From: Felis catus
Lineage: Eukaryota
DNA: 64,000 nt
Direction of reading: 5' to 3'
Assembly: GCF_018350175.1 (NCBI RefSeq)
Contig: NC_058368.1
Span: forward strand, 114,330,001 to 114,394,000
The translations under genes were made by a program, and so were the position numbers. The notes below the pieces were generated by a model that was given only the letters and a program-made list of their open reading frames with translations, did no database searches and had not been told where the DNA came from. Below are positions 38,161 to 51,492 of the stretch, one piece after another (the stretch's first letter is position 1; the number at the start of each line of letters is the position of its first letter).

Positions 38161-38166
38161 TTTATT
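38161..38166 (-). terminator. Proximal AATAAA 3 nt after the NME5 stop; second AATAAA at 38061-38066
   Basis: Minus strand reads TAG TAA AATAAA. Confidence 0.45.
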
Positions 38167-38169
38167 TTA

Positions 38170-38250
38170 CTAAAGTTCTTCTGCAGTTGGATTGTGACAA
38201 AGCTTTGGTTTGTTGGGATTATTTTTCAGCAGCCAATCAGCTAGCCAAAT
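38170..38250 (-). CDS. NME5: NME5 last coding exon (end of Dpy-30 domain)
   Basis: TTTTCCATAG acceptor; IWLADWLLKNNPNKPKLCHNPTAEEL*; five coding exons total 636 nt = 211 aa. Confidence 0.96.
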   Translation of the reverse strand: MWLADWLLKNNPNKPKLCHNPTAEEL

Positions 38251-38389
38251 CTATGGAAAAAAGAAAAAAACTCTTAAGTTAATAAACATTTAATTATAAA
38301 TACTATAAATAACAAATACTATGAATAGTATAAATATACTATATAAACATACACTACAAATAGTATAAATATGTACTATAGCAATTTAT

Positions 38390-41300
38390 TTGTTGTTAAG
38401 TAGGCTTCACGCCCAGCGCAGAGTCCAACATGGGGTTCCAACTCACAACCATGAGATCAAGACCTGAGCGGAGATCAAGAGTCAGATGCTCTTTTGCTAA
38501 GTTTATTTATTTATTTTGAGAGAGAGAGAGAATAACCATGTGCACATGTGAATGGGGGAAGGGGCAGAGAGAGAGGGAGAGAGAGAATCCCAAGCAGGCT
38601 CTGCACTGTCAGCACAGAGCCCTACATAGGGCTGAAACTCATGAACTGTGAGATCATGACCTGAGCTGAAACCAAGAGCCAGATGCTTAAGCCAAAGAGG
38701 CACCCAGGTGCCTATATCAATTTAAAACCTAGTACTATATCAATTTAAAACCTAGCTTTCAAAATCACTCTAAGAATGAGAAAATGACTATTAAAAAATT
38801 AAAACATTAAGTTTTATATTATGCAAGATTATCAAGTAGAGATCCAAACTGGCAAAGAAGTAAAACTATTTCCTTTTACAGATGACATAATCCTATATAT
38901 AGAAAATCCCAAAGAATCCACAAGAAAGTTACTACAACTAACAAATGAATTTGGTCATTGTTGAATCCAGACAAGATGACTTCAAAGACCATGTTTAGTA
39001 AATGGAACCAGAGGTATCTTTTTCTTTTCTTTACATTGTTCAGTAGTTTCAGGTTTCTTACTAAATAAACAGATGTTATTGTCACAATGAAAAGGAATTA
39101 TTAAAGAAATAACCTAGGGGTGCCTAGGTGGCTCAGGTGGTTTGAGTGTTGGACTCTTAATTTTGGCTCAGGTCATGATCTCACAGTTCATGGGATAGAC
39201 CCCCATCAGGCTCTGTGCTGCCAGCACGGATCCTGCTTGGGATTCTCTCTGTCCTTCTTTCTCTGCCCCTCTCCTGTGCACATGTGCATACACTCTCTCT
39301 CTTAAAACAAGTAAACATTTAAAAAAAGTAAAAAGTCCTGCCTAGGGGCACCTGGCTGGCTTAGTCGATAGAGTGTGTGACTCTTGATCTCAAGGGTCGT
39401 AAGTTCAAGCCCTACGCTGGATGTAGAGATTACTTAAAATAAGTAAATAAAATATAATAAAAAAAGAAATATCGTTTGTTTTTGGTAAAAGTGACAAAAT
39501 TAGTAGGAGAAATTAAATCTTTGTCTTCCAAAGGGGATTCCCTTTGAGAATGGTAACAGAGGCTAGAGATAACTATTTTATCAGGGCTGGTATTGAAATA
39601 ACCTTCCCAGGGGCACCTGGGTGGCTCAGTCAGTTAAGTGTCTGACTTTGGCTCAGGTCATCGTCTTGCACTCCATGAGTTTGAGCCCCATGTCAACACA
39701 GAACCAGGAGCCTGCTTTGGATTCTGTCTCTGTCTCCCTCTGCCCCTCCCCCGCTCATACTTTTTTGATACACAGAGAGACAGAGCATGAGCAGGGGAGG
39801 GGCAGAGAGAGAGGGAGACACAGAATCTGAAGCAGGCTCCAGGCTCTGAGTTGTCAGCACAGAGCCCGACGCGGGACTCGAACTCACAAGCTGTGAGGTC
39901 ATGACCTAAGATGAAGTCAGACTCCCAACGGACTGAGGCACCCAGGTGCCCCCCAAAATATATTTTTTATTTTTTTTAATTTTATTATTATTTTTTTAAA
40001 TTTTTTTCAACGTTTTTATTTATTTTTGGGACAGAGAGAGACAGAGCATGAACGGGGGAGGGGCAGAGAGAGAGGGAGACACAGAATCGGAAACAGGCTC
40101 CAGGCTCTGAGCCATCAGCCCAGAGCCTGACGTGGGGCTCGAACTCCCGGACGGCGAGATCGTGACCTGGCTGAAGTCAGACGCTTAACCGACTGCGCCA
40201 CCCAGGCGCCCCCCAAAATATTTTTTAAATAACCTTTCCTGAGTTGCCTGGAGGGCTCAGTAGTAAGATCATGCCACTCTTGATCTTGGGGTTGTGAGTT
40301 CAAGCTCCACCTTGGGCACAGAGCTTACTTTAAAAAAATAAACACAGGGGTGCCTGGGTGGCTCAGTTGGTTAAGCGTCCGACTTCGGCTCAGGTCATGA
40401 TCTTATAGTCCGTGAGTTCAAGCCCCGCGTGGGGCTCTGTGCTGACAGCTCAGAGCCTGGAGCCTGCTTCACATCCTGTGTCTCCCTCTCTCTCTGCCCC
40501 TTCCCTGCTCATGCTCTGTCTCTGTCTCAAAAATAAAATAAACATTAAAAAAAATTTTTTTTAATTTAAAAAAATAAATAAACACAATAAAATAACGTTT
40601 CCTCATTATCTCTGAGTCTTCAAATGAGTGAGAGTACCTGTAAAGAAGGAACCAGGAAGACATTTGGCCCTTGACAAGCACCCTAGTTCCTCCTATCCAA
40701 CCATTCTTTCACCTGACTGAGCAGTAATGAAGTATCTAGGGATGTGAACAAATATAAATTTTCTAAGGGTGCCTGGTTGGCTCAGTTGGTCCGACTCTTA
40801 GTTTCAGCTCAGGTTATGATCTTAAAATTTATGGGTTTGATCAAGCCCTGGGTCAGGCTCCATGCTGACAGCACAGAGCCTGCTTGGGATTCTCTCTCCC
40901 TCTCTACTTCCCCCCACTAGCTCTGTCTCTCTTTCAAAATAAATAAATAAACATTTAAAAGTTTTCTATGAAAAAAAGTTAGATATCATTAAAAATAAAA
41001 ATGTTGAGAGACATTTGGGTGGCTCAGTTGGTTAAGCATCCGACTCTTGATCTCAGCTCAGGTATCGATCTCAGGGTCATGAGTTCAAGTCCCACGTTGG
41101 GCTCCCTGCTGGGCGTGAAGCCTACTTTTAAAAAAATAATTTAAAAAATAATTTTGAATGTATTTAAATATATATCTAATTTTATCATGTGATTATATAA
41201 ATCATACACAAAAACAATGCTCTGTAATTAAAGGATGCAGTATTGAAAATGTATTTAGAAACAATGTTTTTTCTTTGTTTTGTTGGAACAATTTTTTAAA

Positions 41301-42005
41301 AAATTTTTTATTATTTTTTTTAATGTTTATTTATTTCTGAGATACAGAGAGGCTGAGCATGAGTGGGCGAGCAGCAGAGAGAGAGGGAGACACAGAATCA
41401 GAAGCAGGCTCCAGGCTCTGAGCTGTCAGCACAGAGCCCAATGCGGGGCTCAAACTCACAAACCGTGAGATCATGACCTGAGTTGAAGTCAGTTGCTCAA
41501 CCGACTGAGCCACCCAGGTGCCCCATTTTTTAAAATTTTTAATGTTTATTTATTCTTTAAATTTTTTAATGTTTATTTATTTATTTATTTATTTTGAGAG
41601 AGAGAGAGAGAGTGCAAGCAAGAGTGGGGGAGGGGCAGAGAAAGAGGGAGACACAGGATCCAAAGCAGGCTACAGGTTCCCAGCTGTCAGCAGAGAGCCT
41701 GATGCAGGGCTTGAACCCATGAACTGAGAAATCATGACCTGAGCAGAAGTCAGATGCATAACTGACTAAGCCACCTAGGTGCCCCTAAAAACAATTTTTT
41801 TTTTTTTAACGTTTATTTTTGAGACAGAGAGAGACAGAGCATGAACAGGGGAGGGGCAGAGAGAGGGAGACACAGAATCTGAAACAGGCTCCAGGCTCTG
41901 AGCTGTCAGCACAGAGCCCGACGTGGGGCTCGAACTCACGGACCGCGAGATCATGACCTGAGCCGAAGTCGGCCGCTTAACCAACTGAGCCACCCAGGCG
42001 CCCCA
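38390..42005. mobile_element. SINE-saturated last intron of NME5 (about a dozen copies, both strands) with an old L1 RT fragment at ~38850-38960
   Basis: Repeated SINE heads and tails; CAGATGACATAATCCTATATATAGAAAATCCCAAAGAATCCAC is L1 ORF2 RT-region sequence. Confidence 0.85.
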
Positions 42006-42189
42006 AAACAATATTTTTTAAGAAGTAAAACACAGTAAGAGAATAAGTAATCCAAAGTTATACATAAGGGAGTATCTAAAATGTATAAGAGATAGTTCTT
42101 AAAATGCTCATTCACTGTTTCAAAAATTTAATGTTTAAAATATTAAAACTATAGACAATTTCTTTAGAGTGAATAAAAACATTTCTTAC

Positions 42190-42308
42190 AAAAGGATCTG
42201 CTGGTTTCTCCTTACAAAGGGCTGTGAGTCCTTTAAGCAGAGTTGGTGTTACATATAAATTTAAATAGTCCTTAGCAGCTTGTCCAACTGGAATAGGCTC
42301 AATAATCA
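42190..42308 (-). CDS. NME5: NME5 coding exon 4 (Dpy-30 domain)
   Basis: TTTACAG acceptor; (V)IIEPIPVGQAAKDYLNLYVTPTLLKGLTALCKEKPADPF; donor GTAAG. Confidence 0.96.
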
Positions 42309-43519
42309 CTGTAAACACAAATGTATTCCCATTAAAATTAATACAAATGATGAAATATTATATAATCATTACAAAAGAAGAAATTTTAGTGGCATGATAC
42401 TTACAAAGTTTTTTTTTTAAAAAAGGAAACAAAACTAGAATATAGCATACATAGTTTGTTCAAAAACACATAAGCACACACAGAGAAATAATAAGACTAT
42501 ATAAGACAGGCAAGAAACAGACCAAAATGCTAACAGTGATCGTGTATAAAGTTCTGATTATGTTTTCTACTATATCCTTGCCTGCATTTCCATTTCCATA
42601 TTTTTTATAGTAAATATCACAACGGACAATGTCATGAAAAAGAAAAATATGAATATCATGTAAAATCTAGGAGATTAATTAATTCCAACAATTAATTGCT
42701 GCCAACAAAATGGCAGGCACTTTACAAAGTGGTATAGATATAACGGTGTACATGTATTTCTTGTTCTCTTATAGACTACTGAATATACACATAAAATCTA
42801 TTTGTGTCTATGTAATATATATTAACACTCCTGCTTATTTTTCAAGTTTTTAAATAAATTATATAACATATAGGAAAGTTTTAGTCTTTTTAGCTTTGTT
42901 TGAACACTATGTAGGTCAATCAGACTCATAGTACCAAAGAATATATTTATACAAGGAAGAATGTAGTTTACAGTCTTAAGTCTTTTGAGGATGACCTCCA
43001 TTAATGTGCAACTTTCAATAAAGATGGGGATGCAAAGCTACTGGTCTCACATGTTCAGATCTAAATCGTTACTGGCCCAAGGAAAAAGAGGATGGGAAGA
43101 CAGATTTCTGTGTGACTAGTATATGGGCTCAATCTCAATGAGAGATACAACTAACAACAGGAGAGTCCTTTGCCAGGATGGCAGGTAAAGCTAGAAAACA
43201 TCACAAAGGATTGGAATAAAAAGTTCCTTTCCTATTAGTCTCATTATAGCACTCTTTTTTGTACTGATTGTTGTAATAATTTTTAGTTACATAAATATTT
43301 AAGTTTATTTTTGAAGTGGGGTGGGAGGTTAAAAGAGCATATGTGTGTGCATAGGGGAGAGGCAGAGAGAGAGAGGGAGACAGAGAATCCCAAGCAGACT
43401 CCTCACTGTCAGTGTAGAGCCTGACATGGGGCTTGAACTCACACACCGTGAGATTATGAGATTATGACCAGGAGCCAAAATCAAGAGCTGGAGTGAATGA
43501 GCCACCCAGGTCCCCCTCC

Positions 43520-45620
43520 CCAGTGATTAATTATGTTTTAACACTTTTTCGTGTGCTTATCAGTCATTCATATATCTTTTGTGAAATGTTTATTCAAATC
43601 TTTTACATTTTTTTTTTAATTTTTAAGGTTTTATTATTTATTTGTTTATTTATTTTAGAGAGAGCAAGAGCATGCACATTTAGGGGAGTGGAGCAGTGGG
43701 AAAGAGAGAACCTCAAGCAGGCTCCAGGTTCAGCACAGAGCCTGATGTGGGGCTGGACCTCATGACCCTGAGCTGAAATCAATAGTTGGATGCTCAACTG
43801 ACTGAGCCACCCAGGCGCCCCTGAAAGGTTTTATTCTTAAGTACTCTCCACACCCAATGTGGGGCTTGAACTCACAATGCTGAGGTCAAGAGTCACATGC
43901 TCTACTGACTAAGCCAGCCAGGTGCCTCTGCCTGATTTTTAATTGCCTGCCTTCTTTTTACTGAATTGTAGGAGTTCTTCATAAATTCTAGATACAAGTC
44001 TTTTATTTCATAAGATTTGCAAATATTTCTTATCACACTCTGTGGCTAATCTTTCCAATATTTTTAATGATGGCTTTTGAAACATAAAAGCTTTTAATTT
44101 TGATGTAGTCTAATTTATCAGTATTGTCTTTTATGGATCATGTTTTGAGGTCATACGCAAAAATCCTTTGTCCAACTCAAGGTCATGAAGATTTTCCATG
44201 TTTTCTTCTAGATATTTTTAGCCCTTATGCTTAGGTCTATGATCCATTGTTGTTAAGTTTTCTAATTGGTAAGAAAAGAGGATCTGAGTTCTTTCTCTTT
44301 TTTGGCATGAGGATATTCAGTTATCTTATCATCATTTGTTGAAAAAGACTATCTTTTCCCCATCAAATTGTCTAGGCACTTTTGTTGAAAGTCAATCGAC
44401 CATAAACGTATTTATGTAAGTATTTATTTCTAGATTCTTAATTCTGTTTCATTGATTAATATGACTCATACAATACTGCCTTAGTTACTGTGGTCTCATA
44501 GTAAGCTTTGTTTTTTTTTTTTTTAGTTTATTTATTTATTTTGAGAGAGAGAGAGAGAGAGAACAGGGGACAGGCAGAGAGAGAGGGAGAGTGAATCCCA
44601 AAAATTTCTGCACTGACAGCACAGAGCCCAATGTGGAGTTGGAACCCCTGAACTGTGAGATCAAGACCTGAGCCAAAATCAAGAATCCAACGCCTAATTT
44701 GACTGAGCCACCCTCATAGTAAGTTTTGAAATCAGGTTAGTGGAAGTTATCAAACTTTGTTCTTTTTGAAAATTGTTTTAGCTTGTCTAGATCTTTTGCA
44801 ATTATATATACATTTTTTAATGTTTATTTATTTCTGAGACAGAGGGAGAGCATGAGTGAGGGAGGGGCAGAGAGAGAGGGGGACACAGAATCAGAAGCAG
44901 GCTCCAGGCTCTGAGCTGTCAGCACAGAGCCCGATGCGGGACTCGAACTCAAAGATTGTGAGATCACGACCTGAGCCAAAGTCAGACACTCAACCGACTG
45001 AGCCACCCAGGTGCCCACAATTACATATACATTTTAAAGTCAGCTTATCAACTTCTACATAAAAGAATGCATGGATTTTGACAGGGATTGCATTAATTGA
45101 TCAATTTGGAGAGAAATGCCATCTTGACAACATTGACTCTTCTGATACATCAATGTGTGAGGTCTATTCATCTTAGATAGTCTTTGATTTCTTTCAGTAA
45201 TGTTTTGTGCTTTTCATTGTACAAGAATTGTACTTCTTTTGTTAAGCTTATTCCTAAGTATTTTATTATTTATTTAATTCCAGTATAATTAATATACAGT
45301 GTATTATATTAGTTTCAGGTGTACAATATAGTGATTCAACAATTCTATATACTACTCAGTGTTCATCAAAATAAGTGTACTCTTAATCCCCACCACCTAT
45401 TTCACCCAACACCCCACCCAGCAACCCTCTGGTAACCATCAGTTTCTTCTCTCTTTTTTTGTTGTTGTTCTGTATTTTTAAGAGTCTAATTTTTTTGTCT
45501 CTTTTTTTCTTTGTTCATTTTGTTTTGTAAATCCCACCTATGAGTGAAATAGTATTTTATTTTTTTGATGCTATTGTGAATGAAATTATTTCCTTAACTT
45601 TAGTTTTGGATTGTTCCTAC
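43520..45620 (-). mobile_element. Old L1 ORF2 fragment interrupted by SINEs and a younger carnivore L1 3' end (~45270-45550)
   Basis: TTTGCAAATATTTC, CATTTGTTGAAAAAGACTATC and GGGATTGCATTAA are antisense L1 ORF2 landmarks. Confidence 0.75.
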
Positions 45621-47881
45621 CTCATCTATTTTTGCTGACCATTTATTATTTGTCTCTAGCAACTAGGGTCGGATGGATTAATGTGAAAATAAAGAATCTT
45701 TTCATGTTTCTTACAGAGATGAACCTTCATTGAACTTTTTGAAGCTTTCTAATAATATTTATAGTTTATACACTGCATTGCATATTTATTTTCATAGATT
45801 TTTAATATGTGATCATTTTGAGAGCAGGGACATATTCATCTTTGTATTTCTGGCACATAGTAGGTAATACAATAAACTTGTTGAAGCAATGGAATGTAAC
45901 AAAACTTTGAGTTAGCCATCTCAAATCAAAGGGAAGCAAACTATATTTTTCAAAGGTTAGGAACATGTCTTTGAATATCTTTATAACTTGCTTGAGTGAC
46001 TCATCATACTGAGTTTTGCACATAGTTCTTTTCATTTTTTTAAATGTTTATTTTATCTTGAGAGAGCATGTAAGCAGGGGAGGAGCAAAAAGAGAGGGAG
46101 AGAGAGAGAACCCCAAGCAGGCTCCACACTGTGGTGCAGAGCCCAATGTGAGACCCAAACCCACAAACCACAATATCACGACCTGAGCCCAAACCAAGAG
46201 CCAGATGCTTAACTGACTGAGTCACCTAGACATCCCACTGCACATAGTTCTTGAGTGACTGGTAAGCAAGAGGGAGCTCATATCCCTAACTGAGAATTTA
46301 CTCCAGAGAGCTTCACATTCTCACAGCAAAAGATCTGCAACATGGTAGGTAATTAATCTTTATATTTATCCTGCAACAGCTGCTTCTCAAATGTCTGACT
46401 TTATCTCGTAAACTCATGTCTAGAGGACTAATTAATGGTAAAATCAAAAGCAATCTAAAATAACAGTTGAGGAATATAATCCTATGAGTAAGAAGAGCTT
46501 TCAAAAAAAGGACTAGAAAAAACAAAACAATAATAGGAGTTAATATTTGAGCACAGATGCACAACACATTTTAAGAATTTTATATATATATGTATACATT
46601 TAACCCTAACAATATCCCTATTAGGTAGGAAGGTACTAATCTATTTGCATTTGACTGAGGAGAAGAGAAAGACTCACAGAGAGGTTAGATGTCTAGAGCC
46701 AGAAGAAAAGTCTAATTCGTTAGTACCTAGACTAAATCTAAGTACTATCACATTAAAAAGACATTTCATGGGGGCACCAGTTGGCTCAATCATCAGAACA
46801 TGTGACTCTTGATCTCAGGGTCGTGAGTTTAAGCTCCACATTGGACATGAAACCTACTTAAAAAAATAAATGGGGGCAGGGTGTGGGTGGCTCAGTCAGT
46901 TCAATGTCTGACTTCAGCTCAGGTCATGATCTCGCGGTTCTTGAAATCAAGCCCCATATTGGGCTCTGTGCTGACAGCTCAGAGCCTGGAGCCTGTTTCA
47001 GATTCTGTGTCTCCCTTTCTCTCTGCCTCTCCCCTGATTGCTCTTACTCTGTGTCTCTGTCTCTCTCCTTCTCAAAAATAAATAAACATTTTTAAAAATT
47101 TGAAAAAAAGACATTTCATGTTTGAGATATAATTCAAAACAATATAGAAGATTGAGAAGTAGAAGCAGAGGTTATAGATGAAATAAGACTGACCTAAATT
47201 ATTTAAATTGGGTGATAGTTTCATTAAGGGTTTATTATACTAGTCTGTCTACTGTTGGTTATGTTTGGAGTTTTCTACAATAAACAATTCCAAAAAAATA
47301 CCCTAATGGAAAGGATATGTGACAGAAATTAGCAAGAGTAAAATATATACAAATCCTTTTGGGTACAAATATCTATAAACAGGTGTTGTGGGGTGTCTGG
47401 CTGGCTCAGTTGGGCCCCATATTGGGCGTAGAGATTGCTTAAAAATAAAAAAGTAAAACAAAACAAAACAAACAAAAAAACACACCAGGTTTTGTTTAAG
47501 AATCAGGACTTTCAAAGTTCCAAGAGAGTTTTCAGTTTTCTTTGAATAAATCCTCCATAGAAAATACTGAGGAATAAGTCTAAATGACTTAAAAAAAAAA
47601 ATAGGCCCAAAATATTCTATGCTTCTCAATGCTGTAAGTTTTTTTAATGTTTATTTATTTTTGAGAAAGAGAGCGCTCACACAAGCGGGGGAGGGTCAGA
47701 GAGAATGGGAAACAGAGGATCTGAAGTGGGCTCTTCACTGACAGCAGAGAGCCCAATGCAGGGGCCAGGGGCTCAAAGACACCAACCGTGAGATCATGAC
47801 CTGACCTGAAGTGGGATGCTCAATTGACTGAGCTACTCAGGCACTCAAATGCTTTACATTTAAAAAAAGATGTTTATTTAT

Positions 47882-47884
<3 letters not shown>

Positions 47885-47936
<52 letters not shown>
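47885..47936. repeat. (GA)26 microsatellite expanded from a SINE CT-linker
   Basis: Direct reading, inside a - strand SINE (~47870-48100). Confidence 0.93.
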
Positions 47937-47939
<3 letters not shown>

Positions 47940-48670
47940 CATGAGCAGGGGACAGGCAGAGAGAGAGAGAGGGAAAGAGAAAAAGAATCCCAAGCAGACT
48001 CTGCACTGACAGATGGGGCTCCATCTCAGCAACCATGAGTCATGACCTGTGCCAATATCAAGACTTGAATGCTCAACCAACGGAGCCACGCAGGTGCCCC
48101 TACATTTTTTTCTGTACAACAGAAATCACCAAATTTTCTTCCTGATCTAAAAATATGACTGAAATAAACTAAAAACCTCAACGCTGTTCTTTATTATGCC
48201 CATTTCTAAAAGGTTTACCACATCCATAACAGGATGGAAAAAAAAATGGGCCTGAGAACTATTAATTTCACAACTGCACGAGTATTCATTAGGCAACTAG
48301 TAGAGAAAATGTTACATCTATCCTAATTTCCAAGGGAGATTCTTTTTTTCATGTGTAACAAACTTTACTGACTCATTAGGGATAACTTAAGGAATTGCAA
48401 CAAAGGAGAAGAAAAACCCTAAATAGGGCTAGTCTAAGAGAAAAGATAAAAAAAGCAAACCCTTCTCAAAAGATTCCCTAGAGGGCACAATTTAGTTATG
48501 AGGGAAATAGTGAGTTTTCCATTTTTGGATTCAGATTTTTAAGTAACTATAACTTGAAAATATGACAAAATATATTGGAGAAAACCCCTGCTATTTTTCT
48601 TTCCAGCTATATCACCCAAATAAAAGAAAAAGCAAACAATAGGAACATGCAATACTCATCGATAACTCAC

Positions 48671-48771
48671 CTTCAGGAAACATGAATCGAATTTCTCTTT
48701 CTGCTGCAGCAAAGTCATTACTCCCATGAAGTGCATTCCTTAGGTCATCTGTGCCATAAATTGCCCTTAGA
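48671..48771 (-). CDS. NME5: NME5 coding exon 3 (NDPK active-site region)
   Basis: TTTTAG acceptor; (S)LRAIYGTDDLRNALHGSNDFAAAEREIRFMFPE; donor G|GTGAG. Missed by the ORF track, translated by hand. Confidence 0.96.
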
Positions 48772-49439
48772 CTAAAAGCAAGTTAGAGATGATAACCATC
48801 CAATGTGATATCCTTTCCTTACTCTTTACATATGCATTCTGCTCAGGAAATTTACAGAAGCATTGCCACTTCTCACATATATGTAAGTTTTAATCTATTT
48901 TGATTTTAAGCCTAAATCTATCTAGATGAGGGTCAAATATATTTAAATCTGCAGGAGAGATACACTGGGGAAAATAGGAGTTCTCTGGGTTAAGAAGAGG
49001 TGGTGTTTTGTGAGAAGTGAAAAGGCAATGCATATTCAAAAGTGCAAGAATTCAATGTCCTCAAGTTCCCAAACTTTAATGATAATGCTGAAAATCTGGT
49101 TTTATGGCCCTTTATTACCAATATTATTTTAAAAAGCCATGCCAATTTTCCTATGAAAAATCCCACTTCAGTGGCGGTTTGATTCAAGGATGAGAGAAGA
49201 ATGAGGCTAATCAGCCATAAATCAGACATTCCCTGAGGCCTTTTGTGGCATTTAGTATTAACACAGACATTTAAATAGCTACAGTGTAAAACTGACCCCC
49301 CTACCCCAACCAAAATACCAAAAAGTTGATTTAGGAAAACTTTCAAATGCAAAGACACTCCTGTTATAATGAAATCAGTTTTTTGTTGTTGTTGTTTTTT
49401 GTTTTTGTTGGATTCCTTTTTTCCCCCTAGGAAAGTTAC

Positions 49440-49645
49440 CTGTCTGGGTGTGTCTCCTTAGCTACTAAGGTATCACTTGGTCCCAAAAGTTCTTTCCAGT
49501 AAGAGATGGCTTTATGTCTAGCTAATATCATGGCAACAAGTGGTCCAGAACTCATGTAAGCTGTCAAATTGGGGAAAAACATTTTCCCATACTGTTCCAC
49601 ATAAAAGTTACTACAGTGCTCAGGGCTGAGATGTAGTTTTCTTCT
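49440..49645 (-). CDS. NME5: NME5 coding exon 2
   Basis: TTTTCTTATAG acceptor; RRKLHLSPEHCSNFYVEQYGKMFFPNLTAYMSSGPLVAMILARHKAISYWKELLGPSDTLVAKETHPD; donor AG|GTAAC. Confidence 0.96.
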
Positions 49646-49828
49646 CTATAAGAAAAACAAAGTCAACAAAAGTATTTAAAATGACAATTCAATAATAACT
49701 CATTGTCATTAGTAACTTGAAATTAATACTAATCTCATTACAAATTTGAGATTTTTGTATTATGAAGAAAGGGAGAGGGAAGAAAGTTAAATATAGGCTA
49801 TAAATAAAATTCTATAAGTTATTTAACC

Positions 49829-50478
49829 AACCCTTGCTCACTGTTGATATGAATGTAAACTGGCGAAACCACTTGGAAAACAGTATGGAGGTCCATCAAA
49901 ATATTAAAAATAAAACTACCATATGACCCAGATCAAGATGTCATATGGATCAAGTATGTGTATGTATGTTTGCATATATATTGTATATACACTTACAAAA
50001 AAAAATATATATATATATATAATGGAATATTAATCAGCCTTGAAAGGAATGAGATCTTGCCATTCATGACAACGTGGATGGACCTAAAGGGTATTATGCT
50101 AAGTGAAACAAGTTTGAGAAAGACAGATACCATGATTTCACTTACATGTGGAATCTAATAAAACAAATGAATAAACAAACAATAACATACTCTTAAATAC
50201 AGAGAATAAACTGGTAGTTGCCAGGGGGTTGGGAGGGATGAGCAAAACAGATGAAGGGAATTAAGAGGTAGGAACTTCTAGTTACAAAATAAATCACAGA
50301 GATGAAAAGTACAGCATAGGGAAGAGAGTCAGTAAAATTGTAATAACCTGGTATGGTGACAGATGGTGACCACATTTACTGTGGTAAGCTCTGAGGGATG
50401 TACAGAATTGTCAAATCAGTATGTTGTACACCTGAAACTAATATAACATTGTATATTAATTACACTTAAATAAAAAAG
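49829..50478 (+). mobile_element. 5'-truncated older L1 3' end with an internal deletion
   Basis: ORF2 C-terminus remnant (EILPFMTTWMDLKGIMLSE) plus 3' UTR; TSD AG(T/C)TATTTAACC at 49817-49828 / 50479-50490. Confidence 0.85.
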
Positions 50479-51492
50479 AGCTATTTAACCTAAGAAAAAC
50501 TATTCCTATTTGGCAGTCTCCTTCAATATATGGTTTGTTAATGATGAATTCAGCTTATCTCCTTAAAGTAAAAAGACTACTATCACCAATATTTTGTTAA
50601 TATATACTTTGTATACATTGAAGTAACAAAATTAGATTTTAGAACATTCCAAATTCATCTTTTACCTATTTGTGTGATATTTTCTTATTTATTGTGAAAC
50701 TTTCCTACATTATTTTAGGGAGCTGGTCTCATTATGGTACTTAGAAATGACACCCAGTATAATGACGCTATAAACAAGTTTTTCTCTTGAATGTGAAAAT
50801 TGTGTATTTATTCTGGTTCTGCCATAAATATGTAGATTGACTGTGATGTTAAGAAAAAATAGTTGGTATTAAGTGTCTCAATTTGAAAGAATATAAATTG
50901 TTGAGGGCAAATAAACATTATTTTCTTCACAAATGAGACTACATGAATGAATCAGTAAAAATATCATAGAAGTCAGCCATTCTTCTGATTGGAGATCATC
51001 CTTCTCTAAAAGCAGCTATTTGAATGCTTTTTAAAAATCATCCATTAACGGGGCACACGGGTGGCTCAGTGGGTTGGGCATCCGACTCTTAGTTTCAGCT
51101 CAGGTCATGATCTCGTGGTTTGGGAGTTCAAGCCTTGCATCAGCGCGGAGCCTGCTTAGAATGCTCTCTTTCTCCCTGCCTCTCCCCTGCTCATGCTCTC
51201 TCTCTCTCTCTCAAAAATAAATAAATAAACTTAAAAAAATCATCCAATACTACTGTTTCTCAGTTCCACTAAAGGTGGATCATGAAGGAAAAGACTCAAA
51301 ATATAAAAGAGGGATTCAAAGCCCTCATTAAGGAAAACTTCTGGCTAGAATAAAGATGATCAGAATGTGAATAAATCACTAGGTCAAAGCTACAAATCTC
51401 CATATTTAAGGCAGAGAGCTATCTTTCTAAAGTGGGTTAGATGTTCCTAAGAGTATAGTGTGAAATTTACCAAGTGATCTCTTAAAACTTCT

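Noticed and set aside
38712..38755. 23-bp tandem duplication CTATATCAATTTAAAACCTAG next to a SINE
   Set aside because: Local duplication with no sign of function.
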